DNA of 64,000 nucleotides, taken from assembly GCA_907165135.1 (NCBI GenBank), contig OU015566.1, positions 2,790,001 through 2,854,000 of the forward strand. The letters run 5' to 3'. The translations under genes were made by a program, and so were the position numbers. The first letter of the stretch is position 1. The number at the start of each line of letters is the position of its first letter. The notes under the pieces were generated by a model. That model did no database searches and was not told where the DNA came from. It saw nothing but the letters and a program-made list of their open reading frames with translations. This document shows, piece by piece, positions 1-12,397 of this stretch. Source of the DNA: Oikopleura dioica. Its lineage: Eukaryota; Animalia; Chordata.

Positions 1-593
1 GTGAACTCGCTGGTGACACCCTTATTGTTATCTTGCTCTTCAACCCTGCCCTTTTCAAGACTCAGCAGTTCTTACGTAGTCGATTATCCCTTGCCCTTTT
101 CAGAGCAAGAAAAGCCTTTGTTCCTCTTTGATCATCCTTTTTTCGACTGAAATGAACAAGCGCTAGAAAAGTAGGCCAATACAAAATCTCTTAATTCTTT
201 ATTTTCCAAGTCGGAAAAGACAACGTTTCTAGGTTGGATCAAAAATGTTTTCGGGTCACTTGTCTCCGGATACAAGTTCGGACACGGGTTTTGTTCATGT
301 ACATAGCGGGATAAGGAATATAGTGATATGCAAATAACCGGTAGGAAGGTTTGGTAAGTCGATAAAATGTTGATAAAACAAAGACGACTAGCCTTGAAGG
401 TCAATTTGTATTGATCGAAACTAAACTTTAAAATTTCCAGGGCAAAAATCGTGAATCCGATCTTGAAGAATTAACCTAGTGACGCCCTTATTTTTTTCAA
501 AATTGCTGAATTGTGAAAAGAACCGTTTTAGAGAGGAAAAGCTGTTTCGTTTCGAAGCGCGGTTTCTTTGAAAATTAAAATTCTTTGTTTTAG

Positions 594-3500
594 AAAAATC
601 GGCTGATGGCATTCTTCTCGATAACACTCGTTATCTTCGTTATGCTCATTTGGACAAATTAGAAGAAAAGTATTTCAACCCGCCGAGTTTAAAAGACAGG
701 AATGCCGACCAGTACTGGATCTTCTGGCCACGGGAGGCCGCGTCCAAAGGGGTAAGTCGAAACTTGCAAGCAACATTTTTTCCGAGCAAATGTCAAGAAA
801 ATTGATAAGAAAAATATTTCTCCACGAAGATATTTGAAATTTCTAACTGAGGAATTTAATTTTGGAAAGATTCTTTTTCCAGATTTTCCAATGTCGTGGA
901 AATCTGATGAAAGCGAATACTTTTTTAGATTTAAGAAATAACTTGATCTTATCGACCTGAGCTCGGCAACCTGTGTGCAGAACCTGAGTCAGGGTTTGAA
1001 AGGGTCTTTATGGCGAAGTTTTTTTCATTTTAAGGGGGTCCCCATCGATTTTGCTAAAGTCGGAATTTTCAAATTCTTTAATCATGTTTTCGATGATGAC
1101 ACCCTTAAGCATGCTTCTTCAAATCCTGACTCAGGTTTCTACAAAGATTTTTGATCGTAGATTTTTTTTGATTGGTCAAATATAAAAATCAAAAACAAGA
1201 AGCACACCTTGATTTTTTATCATTTTGCGGTTTTTTGATTATAGTTTTTGACCGTTCTACAAGACCGACACGATTTCCTTTTGGTAAATTTACACCTTGT
1301 CAAAGCATTCATCAATCTTCAAATTTTCTGATCAACAAATTGATAATGACCGTGAAACAAGTAAATTTTCCCGTCCACGAATCAATTGAAAGAAAAACGT
1401 TTTCAAACTTAATCTATCACGCAATCTCCTGTAGAACTTGCTGGAGTCTCTTTTTGAAATGCTTTCACTAGAACTCCTTCTTCAACTACTGCGGCGACCA
1501 CAGTTTCCCACGTGGAAAGGGCGCGGATCGAGGGCCCTGCGGTGACTTGAAAAGGAAAACGTTCTATCGAATCAAGTATCCGGGAATTTGTGATGAAATC
1601 GAGGAGACTTCGAATTACAGATTTGTTGGGAGGTCAATTTCTTAAAATGTTAGTTGAAGAAAAAATTCAAAAACAATGAATTTTCTTCTTAAAAACGACT
1701 GGCGCCAACCAGTGCGAAAATATTTAAAACATTCAAAATTCAATCACTTTTCTCATCACTTTTCTTCTTCAGGCGGATGAAGGAGTTGAACTGATGGCTG
1801 GTGGATGGGACGGTGCTTTCAATTTGACGACGAGTTACCGGATGGATTCCGACATTCCAAGACCCTTTGGTGATTTTGAGAGCGAGCTCAAATATGCGAG
1901 GTACAAATACAAAAACGGAAACTGGACGCAACGACAAACTCCTGAAGAACATCTCAAGGTAGATCATCATCATCGCTATTTTGAAACTGAGAGAAGTTCC
2001 TTTGTAAAAATTATATTCCATGGGAACCAAAAAAAAGTCGAGCTGAACAACGTTAATAACAATAATCAACCCATTTTTGTGAGCTCCCAAAAACCTCAAA
2101 AACGAAAATTGAAAATTGAAGCCGCAAATTTGCAGAATGAATCCAGAAAAGAGAGATCTAGAATCAAAGTCTAATGTATTTTTAAGGATGTGATGGCGCA
2201 GAAAACGTCGGCAAATAACGTGGCTTGGATGGTGTCGAACTGTGATCAAACGGGTGGCGCGGATCAACGATTTGAATACGTCACAAGGTGCGTTCTTTCT
2301 GCCAAGGTTTTAAGGGCATCACTTTGCTATTCGAAAAATTTTTGAATGTGAAAATCACAATTGAAATTTGAAGGAATATTTTGTCTTGAAAGATTTTGTA
2401 TGCATTAGTCATCAGTAGTTTATTTGCAATAAACTTTAGTCGTTACAGTATTTTCCTCAAAACATTGATGATAAGGTGCTTAAACGCAAAAAAGTACACA
2501 TCCGAGCCCTTGACCATCCGGCCACTTGTCCATGTCCAAAGATAATTGATAGTCATGCAAAATTGGAAGTCACCTCAAGACAGGATCTCCTTATCCTCAA
2601 AACTGCTTTCCATAATCCGGTGAGAACGTGGACTTTCCCTTTCCCCTTTTCTTGTCTTATCGACATTCGCGGAAAATTTTTCGCGTTGGCAAAACTGAAA
2701 ACTTTCATGTCAGTGAAAATTTGAAGTGTTCAACAGCCGCAGTTTTAGGCCTATCTTATCGTTATTGGTCAAGTTTTGGAGGGCAATAAAAGTCGAGCGG
2801 TCTCTCTAAAATATTGATAGCTAGGATAAGAAAGTAACTCCCGGAAGCAATAATTATTTTGACCCTTGCTAAGTCTATTTTCCTGTCTACATTTCAGCGA
2901 GACGGAAGTACTGAAAGACTTATCCGTTTCCCCCACAATGGGGCTAATCTTCTTTTCAGGATGATTTCCGAGGGTCTAAAAATGGACGGCTACGGTCACT
3001 GCTTTGACAACGTCGTCGGCGACCGACCATGGACAATCTACCAATCGAACGGCGTCCAATGGGGACAATTCGCTAAGTATAAATTTTATCTAGCTTTAGA
3101 GAACTCAGTTCACTGCACGGATTACATGTCCGAAAAATTTTGGAGAAACTCGCTGCGCCAGGGTCTTGTTCCCATTGTCTCAGGTAAAATAAAACGACTA
3201 GAATCGATAAGCCGCTTGCGGCTTCGAGTTGAAAAAATGAAGCCGCGCGAAGCGCGGCTTTTTCATTTGAAATCTCGAAGCCGCAAGCGGCTTCTCGATT
3301 GAAGTCATTTGTATATTTTAAAAACGGGCGGGAATGAGTAATTATGCTCTAATTTAAAGCAACCATGAAAAATGTCTGAGCTATTCGAGATAAAAATGTG
3401 TGTTGAGGAAATAATTACATGATAATAACGGTAAAGGGTTCTCGCTCTTCTTCTTTCTGAAGAATCGCGGTCTTGAAATTGAGTGGTTTTTAGATAGTTT

Positions 3501-5789
3501 CATGACTATTTTTAGAAAAAAAATTTTGTCGATTTTCAAGGATCGAGCTCTTCCATTTGATTATGCAATTTTTTCAGGAACGCATAAAGCAGATGTAACA
3601 AAAATGGCTCCTCCAAACTCCTTCATCCACGTCGAAGATTTTGCGACACCAAAAGAACTTGTCAATTATCTCGATTATCTGGATAAAAATGACACCGCTT
3701 ACGAAGAATATCACAAGGTAAGAAGAAGACCAGCATATGTTGGTTCAAGCCTGATTACACGGCCAACGCATTTCTGACGTCAAGTACAGAGTAGCTTCTT
3801 CATTTAACTCATAATTGCCTCAAGTGCTTTTCACCAGGTGCGAGAAAATTGGATCGAAAGTGGAAGAAAGGCTTCTTGTCTATTTTAAAGAAAAAAAATC
3901 ATTCAAGAATAATTTTTTTGCAATTTTTTTTCGGCCGGATTTCACGATTTATCCTATTTTTGAAAAACACCGCGGAGCCAGTTCGAAAAGAATTAGAACT
4001 CCGAACATTCGAACAAGGATTAAGCTGATCTCCAGCGATGTCACTTCTCTCGTTATTTTACTGAGAGAGCTTACTGGCCACGTTGACACTTGCTCAACAT
4101 ATTTTCTCTTCTCTCGGGTTGTGCTTATTGAAGCTTGTTTTGAGTCGAAACAGTATTTGACGGGATCATGAGTTTTCATGAGAGCAAGCAAATATTCGGT
4201 CAAATTATGGCTTTGATAGATAATAGGGCCTTAATTAAGACCGTCGAAATTAAGACCAAAATTTCAGTCGAAATTTAGACCAAAATTTTAGTCAAAATTT
4301 CGACCAAAATCTTAGTCAAATTTCTACCAAAATCTTAGTCAAAATTAAGGCCAAAATTTTAGTCGAAATTAAGGCCAAAATTTTAGTCGAAATTGAGACA
4401 AAAATTTACCTGAAAATTAAGACCAATCAGATGCCTGTATTCGCTCCCTATACCAATCAGAGTTCCAAAAAACGCCTATCTTTTCTTCCCTCTAAAATCG
4501 GCTCTAGAAAGCCGTCTCTCTCTTACCTCAAGTCATTGGTAAAACACACGTTCCATCACACTTTCGCTGTGATTTATTTTTCCAGTTGGATTTGTCCCTA
4601 CCTGTTAGTTTATAAAAATAAAGTGAGCACACTCGAGCGCGGTCTATGATCTCAATAAATAAATTCTAGAGCTTTGCTCTTAGATCGACGTTTCGTTTAC
4701 CCGCGGATGTGGTTAAGGCCAGGGATCTAAATTTTTGCCGAAAATCAATTGCGATTGCGATGCGATTGCGACGCAAAATACTCCGGAAATTGCGATTCGA
4801 TTGCGATTTTTTCGCAAATTGCGAATTTTTCGCGAATTGCGATTTTGTCGCTATTTTCGAAATTTTAGCGAAAAAAGTACCTTTTCAAAGAATTTAAGAA
4901 AATTTTTTGGAGTCAGGCTTTCAATTAAGCCTTAAGAGCACAGAATATATGCTCTGAGTCAAAAAACACTCATGTCAGAATACCAAGGGAGCATTTTGAC
5001 AAGACCGAAATTCCCAAAAAAATCGCAATTTGCGAATTATTAGCGAAAACTGAGTTGCGATTGCGATGCGATTGCGATTAGATCAAAAAAGTTTTTGCGA
5101 TTGCGAATTTTCTGCGAAATTTCGCATCGCAATCGCAAAATATTCGCAAATTGCGATTTTCGCGAAAAAATTTAGATCCCTGGTTAAGGCTATACCAACT
5201 CGGATTTCCGAGAGAGAACACTTTAGAAACGGACGCCCTTAAGGGGGTGGTGGTCGAGAATTAAGATTTTTCAAACCATGATTTCCTTTTTTAGTGGCGA
5301 CTTCTTGAGCCTGACTTTGAGAAGCCTTTTTATATGCAGCCAGAAGAGACGATGATTTGCGGAATTTGCAAAGAAGTAACAAAGAGGAAAAATCTCGGTT
5401 TTCCGAAAAGAATCATCAAAAGTGTCGCCAACTGGTGGTGGGTTAATCAACATGATGATCAGGAAAGGGTTATTTTTCGGGAAAAATTAGTCGATTTTTC
5501 AGGAGCCGATAGAAAATTTCGACAAATTTTGCGTAGAAATTTTAACCAATCAGAAGCCTGGATTTGGCTTACCGGCCAATCAGCAGCCTAGTATCCGCCC
5601 ACGCATAATTTGTCGAAATTTTTCGCCGAACCCTAATTTTTTTAACGATTTTTTTATTCTTTCAAAAATTCAATCCTTAAAAAGTGCATCGCTGGGCAAA
5701 CCCTGCCATCCTGGATCCACGAAATGCCAATTGTCTCGATGGAAAACTCTTTCGATGAATTAAAACATCTACCAATGCAGACATTATAA
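594..5789 (+). CDS. Alpha-1,3/4-fucosyltransferase (GT10), multi-exon; 5' end not resolved
   Basis: Phase-compatible exons 594-751, 1773-1958, 2187-2287, 2960-3183, 3578-3717, 5295-5468, 5685-5789. Motifs FNLTTSYRMDSD, VAWMVSNC, YKFYLALENSVHCTDYMSEKFW, PPNSFIHVEDF, YHKWR, CGIC...WW. Confidence 0.9.
981..1137. mobile_element. Small inverted-repeat (MITE-like) element with AACCTGAGTCAGG ends, containing a nested TTAA-flanked 71-bp IR element (1034-1104)
   Basis: aacctgagtcaggg at 981 and cctgactcaggtt at 1125. Related ends at ~24505-24545, 46054-46143 and ~47355-47380. Confidence 0.5.
3202..3300. repeat. ~99-bp near-perfect palindrome in a FUT intron
   Basis: aatcgataagccgcttgcggcttcgag...ctcgaagccgcaagcggcttctcgatt with an internal aagccgcgcgaagcgcggctt hairpin. 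Related core at ~24555. Confidence 0.8.
4243..4426. repeat. Minisatellite, ~21-bp unit x ~8
   Basis: Degenerate repeats of gtcgaaattaagaccaaaatttta. Confidence 0.85.
4720..5182. mobile_element. hAT-type MITE (463 bp)
   Basis: TIR cagggatctaaattttt / aaaaatttagatccctg. 8-bp TSD gttaaggc at 4712-4719 and 5183-5190. Internal ttgcga repeats. Confidence 0.9.
5500..5630. mobile_element. CCAAT-containing MITE family, copy 1
   Basis: IR arms ccga..aaaatttcgacaaattttgcgt with a core holding two CCAATCAG boxes. Same family at 7002-7148 and 9596-9740. Confidence 0.7.
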
Positions 5790-6995
5790 AAACAAAAAGA
5801 AAAAAAGACGCCCAGAAAAAAAAATTATGCAAAAATATGCTTGTAAATAGAACACTGTACAAAGAATTGTATGTCGCAAAATCTGACCAGATTGAATAAA
5901 AAACAATTTTATTCCTGTAAATTTGGATTTGTTGTTGATGTTCCTTGTTGTTTTAGAAAATTTTTCGATAATTGTAATCCGATCGGTAGCTGCGGTTTAA
6001 CGATAGAGGGTTTTCTGTGAGTAATAAACGTGAACCCGGAATTGGATGACAGAGGATTACTTCGTTGTTTGTGGCATTCTTTTATTTTTAAAAATATCGT
6101 TAAATTTGATGTTGATGGATGCTCATTTCTAAACGCACCGTTGACAAATCGGCGTAATCCCCGATTTTCAAAGCTCATTACGTTACTCTCCTGCACAATA
6201 TTCAGTTTCCAGCGAAAAAAGGTAGATTGGGCAAAATTAAATGGTTAATTTAAATTCTGACTAGCCCAAAAAATGGATCTTGGTCTCTTATCTTTCGATA
6301 AGAATTTAATTTTTGACCATTTATTTCGGCTCGAAATCGATTTCGAATTTATAAATTGAACTCTTTGAACCAAGAAAAGCTCGTTCGAAAAAAAAGCTTT
6401 TGATTCGAAATCGCTGAACTTTATTTCACGCAATTTTTTTCTCGTTGATTTAACCTTTTCTCGACAACGCTTGACCCCTGTCAGCTCGATTATAAAACCG
6501 GATTTTCGAACCATTTCGAAAGTTGATTCTTTTTTTTTCTTTGAACGATAGTGAACTTTTGATGTTTCAAATTCTTGTAACTGTAACTGTTATTCAGCAG
6601 CAGGGGGGGAGATCTAATCTTATTGTTTTGAAATAAATTATTGCGGGAAAAACAGCTTCCGAGATAATGAAAAGATTTAGCAATATCAAAAATCATCAAA
6701 AAAAAGCAGGAGGAAAGATAAATGAAAGCATTGAACTCAACTTTGAACAGAAAAAATATTCCAGAATTTGAAGAATGCAGAAAGCTCACATTCAAAACAA
6801 GATTCAGTTTTATAAAAAATGCGCATTTGAAAATTCGAAAAAGGTCGTGGAGAGCGAATAATTAACCTGTCAGTTTGCCGCCACAAAGTGACGCTTTAGA
6901 AATTGGTTAGTCGACTGCATTTGCATTACCAATGCTAATTCCAATGCTGACATCAGGGAAAATTTTCGAGCCAAACTCAACTGAGTCATTTTTAT

Positions 6996-7280
6996 GGGGA
7001 GGTGTCTTGATCCGACGAAAAAATTTCGACAAATTTTGCGTGGAAATTTTTAACCAATCAGAAGCCTGGATTTGGCAAACTGGCCAATCAGCAGGCGAGA
7101 AGCCGCCCACGCAAAATTTGTCGAAATTTTTTTGTCGATTCCAGACACAATCCCATTTTTATGAAGGTTTTTAAGGGGGTTGCGTCAGGAACCGACAAAA
7201 AAATTTCGACAAAATTTTGCGTGGGCTGCTATTTCAACGCAAAATTTGTCGAATTTTTTGTCGGTTCCAGACACCTCCCC
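6996..7280. mobile_element. CCAAT-containing MITE copy (7002-7148) plus an adjacent short derivative (7180-7274)
   Basis: TIR gtgtct(g/t)ga(a/t)ccgac(a/g)aaaaaatttcgacaaattttgcgtgg and its reverse complement. Confidence 0.75.
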
Positions 7281-7756
7281 TTCTTTAAGTTTTATGACAA
7301 ATAGTCGATTTGTAGCGAAAACAAAAAAGACTAAAGTTAATTCCAACCACGTTGCGAAAAACGGAAGTATCCCTCATTAAATAGCTGGCCTTATATTTTG
7401 ACTACCGACAAATTGTTACATACAAATTGAAACAAACGAGGAGCCCACAGATCAAAAAAGAATTAAGTGCGTCACGTCAGAAAACATTTTCGATCACAAA
7501 TTATCTTCACGTGCATAAACACATGTTTCTTGATGATAGGAGATCGGAACCGTCGGAACCAGAAGTGACAATCATGATGCGCGCTCGCTGAAAAATGAAA
7601 GCAACGAAAATAATTCTTTGGAAATCGAGAAGCTGCGGTAATGGAGAAGGGTCAACTCGCGAGCAATTTGCAAGGAACAAGCCTTTCCACATCATTTTTT
7701 GCATTCTAGAGTGGTCAATTTTTAAATCGATTTTTGCGGAAACAACGGTAACTTAA

Positions 7757-8094
7757 GGACCCCCCCCCGTCAACAAATTTCCTCAAAAAATCGAAAATTT
7801 CAAAACAGCCATATTTTGGCTTCTAAGTGTGCCTGGAAGTTGAATACATCATAAAAACTTGTCCAGAGTAATTTTTGACCAATAAAAATCTAAAATTTTA
7901 GCAAAATTGGGCCTTTATTGTCATTTTTCGTCAAAAAGTCCAATTTTCAAATACGATTTTGAGGGTGTTAGCGTCGAGATAGACCCCGAAAAATGAAGCC
8001 TCAAAATCGTTTTTTGACCAGAAGAATCCATTTCTGGGGTCAAAATTTTGAAATTCCGAAAAATAATTTTTAAAAAATTGTTGACGGGGGGTCC
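7757..8094. mobile_element. TTAA-flanked MITE with 5'-GG termini (Kolobok-like)
   Basis: ttaa|ggaccccccccgtcaacaa ... ttgttgacggggggtcc|ttaa. Confidence 0.75.
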
Positions 8095-8568
8095 TTAAGG
8101 ATATGCCTTCGATTTGCTCTTTTTGCTAGGTAAATTAAAAATTACAAGGTTGAGGATTTTGTCCTATTTTTAAAAATCAAAAATCGGTATTTTGATGCTC
8201 TTATCTCATTGGTAATCTGTCGATTTTTGAGCACGTGACGCGGCTGAGCTGAAAATCACTGATCAAAGGTACTTTTGGTCTCTTGAATTTTTATCCTCGG
8301 GCACGTTATGAGCCCGACTCAGACTGATTTTTGAAACTTGTGAATATCTCTGAGTCAAGATTTGCATAAGTCTTCCAAGAGAAAGATTCAATTTTCTCTA
8401 ACGAAAAATTCCGGCAAAATTAAAAATTGGAACGTGAATTGTTTATCAATTTTCTTATCAATATTCTTTCCAAAACAGCTTCTTTTGGACTTTTAAAAAG
8501 TGAAAAAGAAAATTTCTTTCCTGAGAAGGTTATTGCGATATATTCTTGACGGGTTGTCATCATATTAA

Positions 8569-9433
8569 CCCCACGAGTCCAATCGGAGGGCGTAACCCCA
8601 CGAGTCTAAGTCGACATTTTTTGTCGAAATGGCCTTCCCGATGAGATAACTTATTGAAAATTAGTACTTATACTAATTGAAACGTGCTCTTTCACATGGT
8701 GGTCTTTTTTTTCTCTAGCATGAGTAGAACATGATTTATTTGGTCTGACCCAATTTAACAAGCACCGTTCCATCTATTTTTAGCGACGCGCTAATTTTCA
8801 AATCTTCATGACAATATTTGAATGGAAACAGACTGAACCAATTAATTAGGCCAGGGTTTTAGCAGGATTACTGCATGATGTATAAATGCTTCCGTTTTTG
8901 CTTCCTGTATTACCATTCTTTACGCGCTTGTTTTTCAAAAATGTCTGACTCCGAAAATGAAAATGAGAATGAAGCTGAGAGATTTCTTTCCGATGAAGAG
9001 ATCACAGAGTTTCTTGAAAAAGTTGAAGAAGAATTGTACTGTCTGCCTTCTTAAAACTTTCACCACTTGAAGTCATCACTTCGATTCCTAGCCCAGACTA
9101 GCTTTTCTTCATTTTATCTAATTGTAAATATCTTATTTGAATTCTACGCATTTGAAAACCTATATGTACCTTTTTGAACGAAATAAATCCGATTCTTTGA
9201 TCCGAAATAATTGTCGGAAGGTTATGGCACGTACTTTCACGTTGGTGCAGAAAGTGATTAATCCGGTACCAAGCGACACCAAAAGGGATTAGCGCGCTCT
9301 TTTTTTGGTCAGAGGTGCTTAATACCAGTGTGAATACACATTACATTTTTCAGCTCGATCCGGATCACAGATAGATCAGTACAGCTGATTAAAACCGGAT
9401 TTCGACAAAAAATGTCGACTTAGACTCGTGGGG
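8569..9433. mobile_element. Non-autonomous piggyBac-like element
   Basis: ttaa|ccccacgagtc ... gactcgtgggg|ttaa. A ~35-bp IR (ccccacgagtctaagtcgacattttttgtcgaaat) follows a duplicated left end. Short acidic ORF remnant MSDSENE...LSDEEITEFLE at 8941. Confidence 0.7.
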
Positions 9434-9595
9434 TTAAATCATCGCCGGTGAGCGTTAACATAATAAATTTTTAACGCCATAAGCGGCGGAGGAATAATAG
9501 TCGCTGCCATATTTTTATTGTACGCGGTTGACCGCAAATCAATAAAAAATTTTATCTTAGGCTAGATCTTAATCTTCGTTAGTATCTTCAGGATG

Positions 9596-9740
9596 GTGTC
9601 TAGAACCGACAAAAAAATTCCACAAATTTCGCGTGGGCGGTTACTCGGCTGCTGATTGGCCGGTTTGCCAAATCAAATATTCTGATTGGTTAAAATTTCC
9701 ACGTGAAATTTGTCGAAATTTTTTTGTCGGTACCAGACAC
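9596..9740. mobile_element. CCAAT-containing MITE family copy (reverse orientation)
   Basis: Same TIR as 7002-7148. ATTGG at 9655 and 9685. Confidence 0.75.
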
Positions 9741-10049
9741 CTCCCCGTATCTTCGGTAGAACTGGCAGCCCTAGAAAGTTCAATGTGGACTGAAGAATTT
9801 TTTCTAAAAAATAACAAAAAAAAATTTTTTTGTTCAAAAATGGACATTCGTACCGATGGGGGTCAGCAGAATTTTTAATTTGCGCAGATGATATCGACTG
9901 AACCTCGATTGATGAGCCCGTTCGTCCATAACCGGCATACCAAACATTAAATCTCAGACTAGGCAATAAACATGATCGTTAAACGATTTTGGCCTTAATT
10001 TACAATGTTTGTCACTCGTTGGTCACTCGTGGAAAACATTTCTGCTAAA

Positions 10050-10940
10050 ATGAAGCTTTTTTATCTTTTTACTGCAAGTCTTGCAGAGAGACAACGGGGC
10101 AATATTACGGCTCTAGCACGATCTTCAGGTTCCTGCGCGGCAGTCGATAATCCTAAGTGTTGTGGAAGTCAATTCGAAAGCAACGGGGGATCTTGCTCCA
10201 ATGGATGCTATTGCGATGCCGTTTGCTGCTCGTATGGCGACTGCTGTGATGACTACGATACCACCGGCATTTGCAATGTCTTAATAGGAACCAGAGCGCG
10301 ATTTCATTCTTATTTTTCCAATAAAAAGAAAAAAATTGTCACTCTGTCGATTAGGCTCTTGTGGTTTCCAAAACGGCGACCCAAATGCACCTGGCCCAGG
10401 AGGAGCATCCAACACGACTACAACGACGACGACAACAACAACAACAACTTCAACGACGACGACCTTAACAACAACATCAACAACCACAATCGTTCAACTG
10501 GAAGAGAAATACGACGAGCTTGAATTCGTTCTCGACGACGCTGTTTCCGATCATCCCAACAACGGCCTCAAGAATTTCTACAAGATAAAGCAGCGATTCG
10601 GCTGGTTTAATGACTACGTTGATAGTCCCTGCGTGAACCCTGCCGGTGCTGGCCCAGGAAAGGCTTTTTGATAAAAATCGACAAATTCTTGAACAAAAAT
10701 CGACAAGCTTTCGTAAAAGGAGTTGCACCAGACTACATTGATCCTACCATCGCCATCACTGATCCTTGCCTCGCCGCCGAAACCTTCTACAACTCCCTCC
10801 TCGGCTTCTACGATGACTTCGTCTGCTTGGATCGAGTTCCACCAAAGATCGCCGCCAAAGTCCCCGCTCAACTGGCCCACGCGAAGAATCTCTTCAACCG
10901 AATCTTGAGAAAGACCCCAACCTGCTCACCAATCGTCTAG
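10050..10940 (+). CDS. Secreted protein: signal peptide, somatomedin-B-like domain, Thr-rich linker, conserved ~130-aa C-terminal domain (oikosin-like by inference)
   Basis: MKLFYLFTASLA; CYCDAVCCSYGDCCDDY; poly-Thr. C-terminus ...RILRKTPTCSPIV* shared with the paralog at 11865-13368. Confidence 0.8.
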
Positions 10941-11864
10941 GAAAAATCATCGAAAATTCAATCAAAAACTTTTAAGAGCATTCGATTAATGCTTCACTTA
11001 AATTATCATTATTTATCTCAAAAGAATAAACAACTCAATTATAAAATGTCTTTTGGATTATTTTTTTGAGTCCGATGATTAAAATTCGGATTTTCTTCGA
11101 CAAGTTGTCAAGATATTTTATTTTCAGCGGTCAGCGTCAAACCAATTTTTATTTAACAACCGGAAAATAAATGCTGAAGATTTAATTTGATGCGCTTCTT
11201 GGTGAAGCAATTAAACATCTGAGAAGGATAAAATTAACGAGTGACCAAGAGACTAACCCGGATCGTCCATGATCATGGACCATGATTCATGGTCAACGGT
11301 GGTGTCGACGTAGATTTCCCTCGGATAGCAATTATTAGAAATTAAAAAAAAAACATGGCTGGGCGTTTCCATTTCTAAAATTTAAAATATTTTTCATCAC
11401 TGTTCTTTCCAAAAATATCAATTTTTGCAAAGAAAATATAATTCATTTGAAATTTCCATTTATATTTTATTTGGAAAAATTTCATTAAAATTTCTTATGT
11501 GACAAACTCCCTTGCGGGCATTACGAAGAAGTTTTGGTTAAAGACCGCTTCATAAGAAGCTTTAATTTTGGCAAAAACGGCAAAAAATGATGGAAAATAA
11601 GCCACATTGCTGGAACAACATTTGGAGTCAACATGCAGAATTTTTGGAAAAAATAATCTCAATAAAAAAAAACGATTCACCATGTGTGTCTTCTTAAATG
11701 TACTCAGAGGTAACTCGGGTAAAAAAAAAGACTTTCAGCGATCGGAACAGGAGTCAACGACGGTAGTTAGCGCCCCTTGATAGCAGCATAACGATTGTCG
11801 ACAGGGATTTATAAAAACGAGGATTAGCAGAATTCGAAAGAGACAATCTTCATTTTCAAAAGAG

Positions 11865-12365
11865 ATGAAGCTCGCCGGATTTTTGTAACCTTAGCCTCGG
11901 CTCATCAGGTCCACAAGGAAGGAAAAGTAGTTCGACCAAAATCAGTGACATGCGGAGCTGATCATACAGGCACAGATGAAACAGTGACAATTACATCTCC
12001 AAACTACCCAAGCGACTACAACGATGGCGATTATTGTCAGTGGACATTCCAGGCTCCGATGGCTTCTCATGTATGTTTCGTTGGCTACAAAATAGAGGCA
12101 GATGCATTTATTCTTGAAGGTAGGCAAAATTATCGAAAATTATCGAAAATTTATCTCTGAAATCATTAATTCAATTAAAGATGACACTGGTTGCAGCTAC
12201 GATTCGCTGTCGTTTGAATCACCTGAGACACCAATCAAAACTTTTTGCGGAGAATCGGATATTCTTACTAGAAAACGAAGATCTCATTGCGGCTCCTCTT
12301 CTTACTACTCTTCTTACTACTATTCCTCCGGTTCCTCTTCTTGCTCTTCATCCTATTCATCCTAT

Positions 12366-12397
<32 letters not shown>

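Noticed and set aside
4243-4426. CRISPR-like array
   Set aside because: Contiguous degenerate 21-bp units with no unique spacers and no cas genes, in eukaryotic intronic DNA.
5900-7710. Possible minus-strand gene from short ORFs
   Set aside because: No recognisable motif or consistent exon chain could be built.
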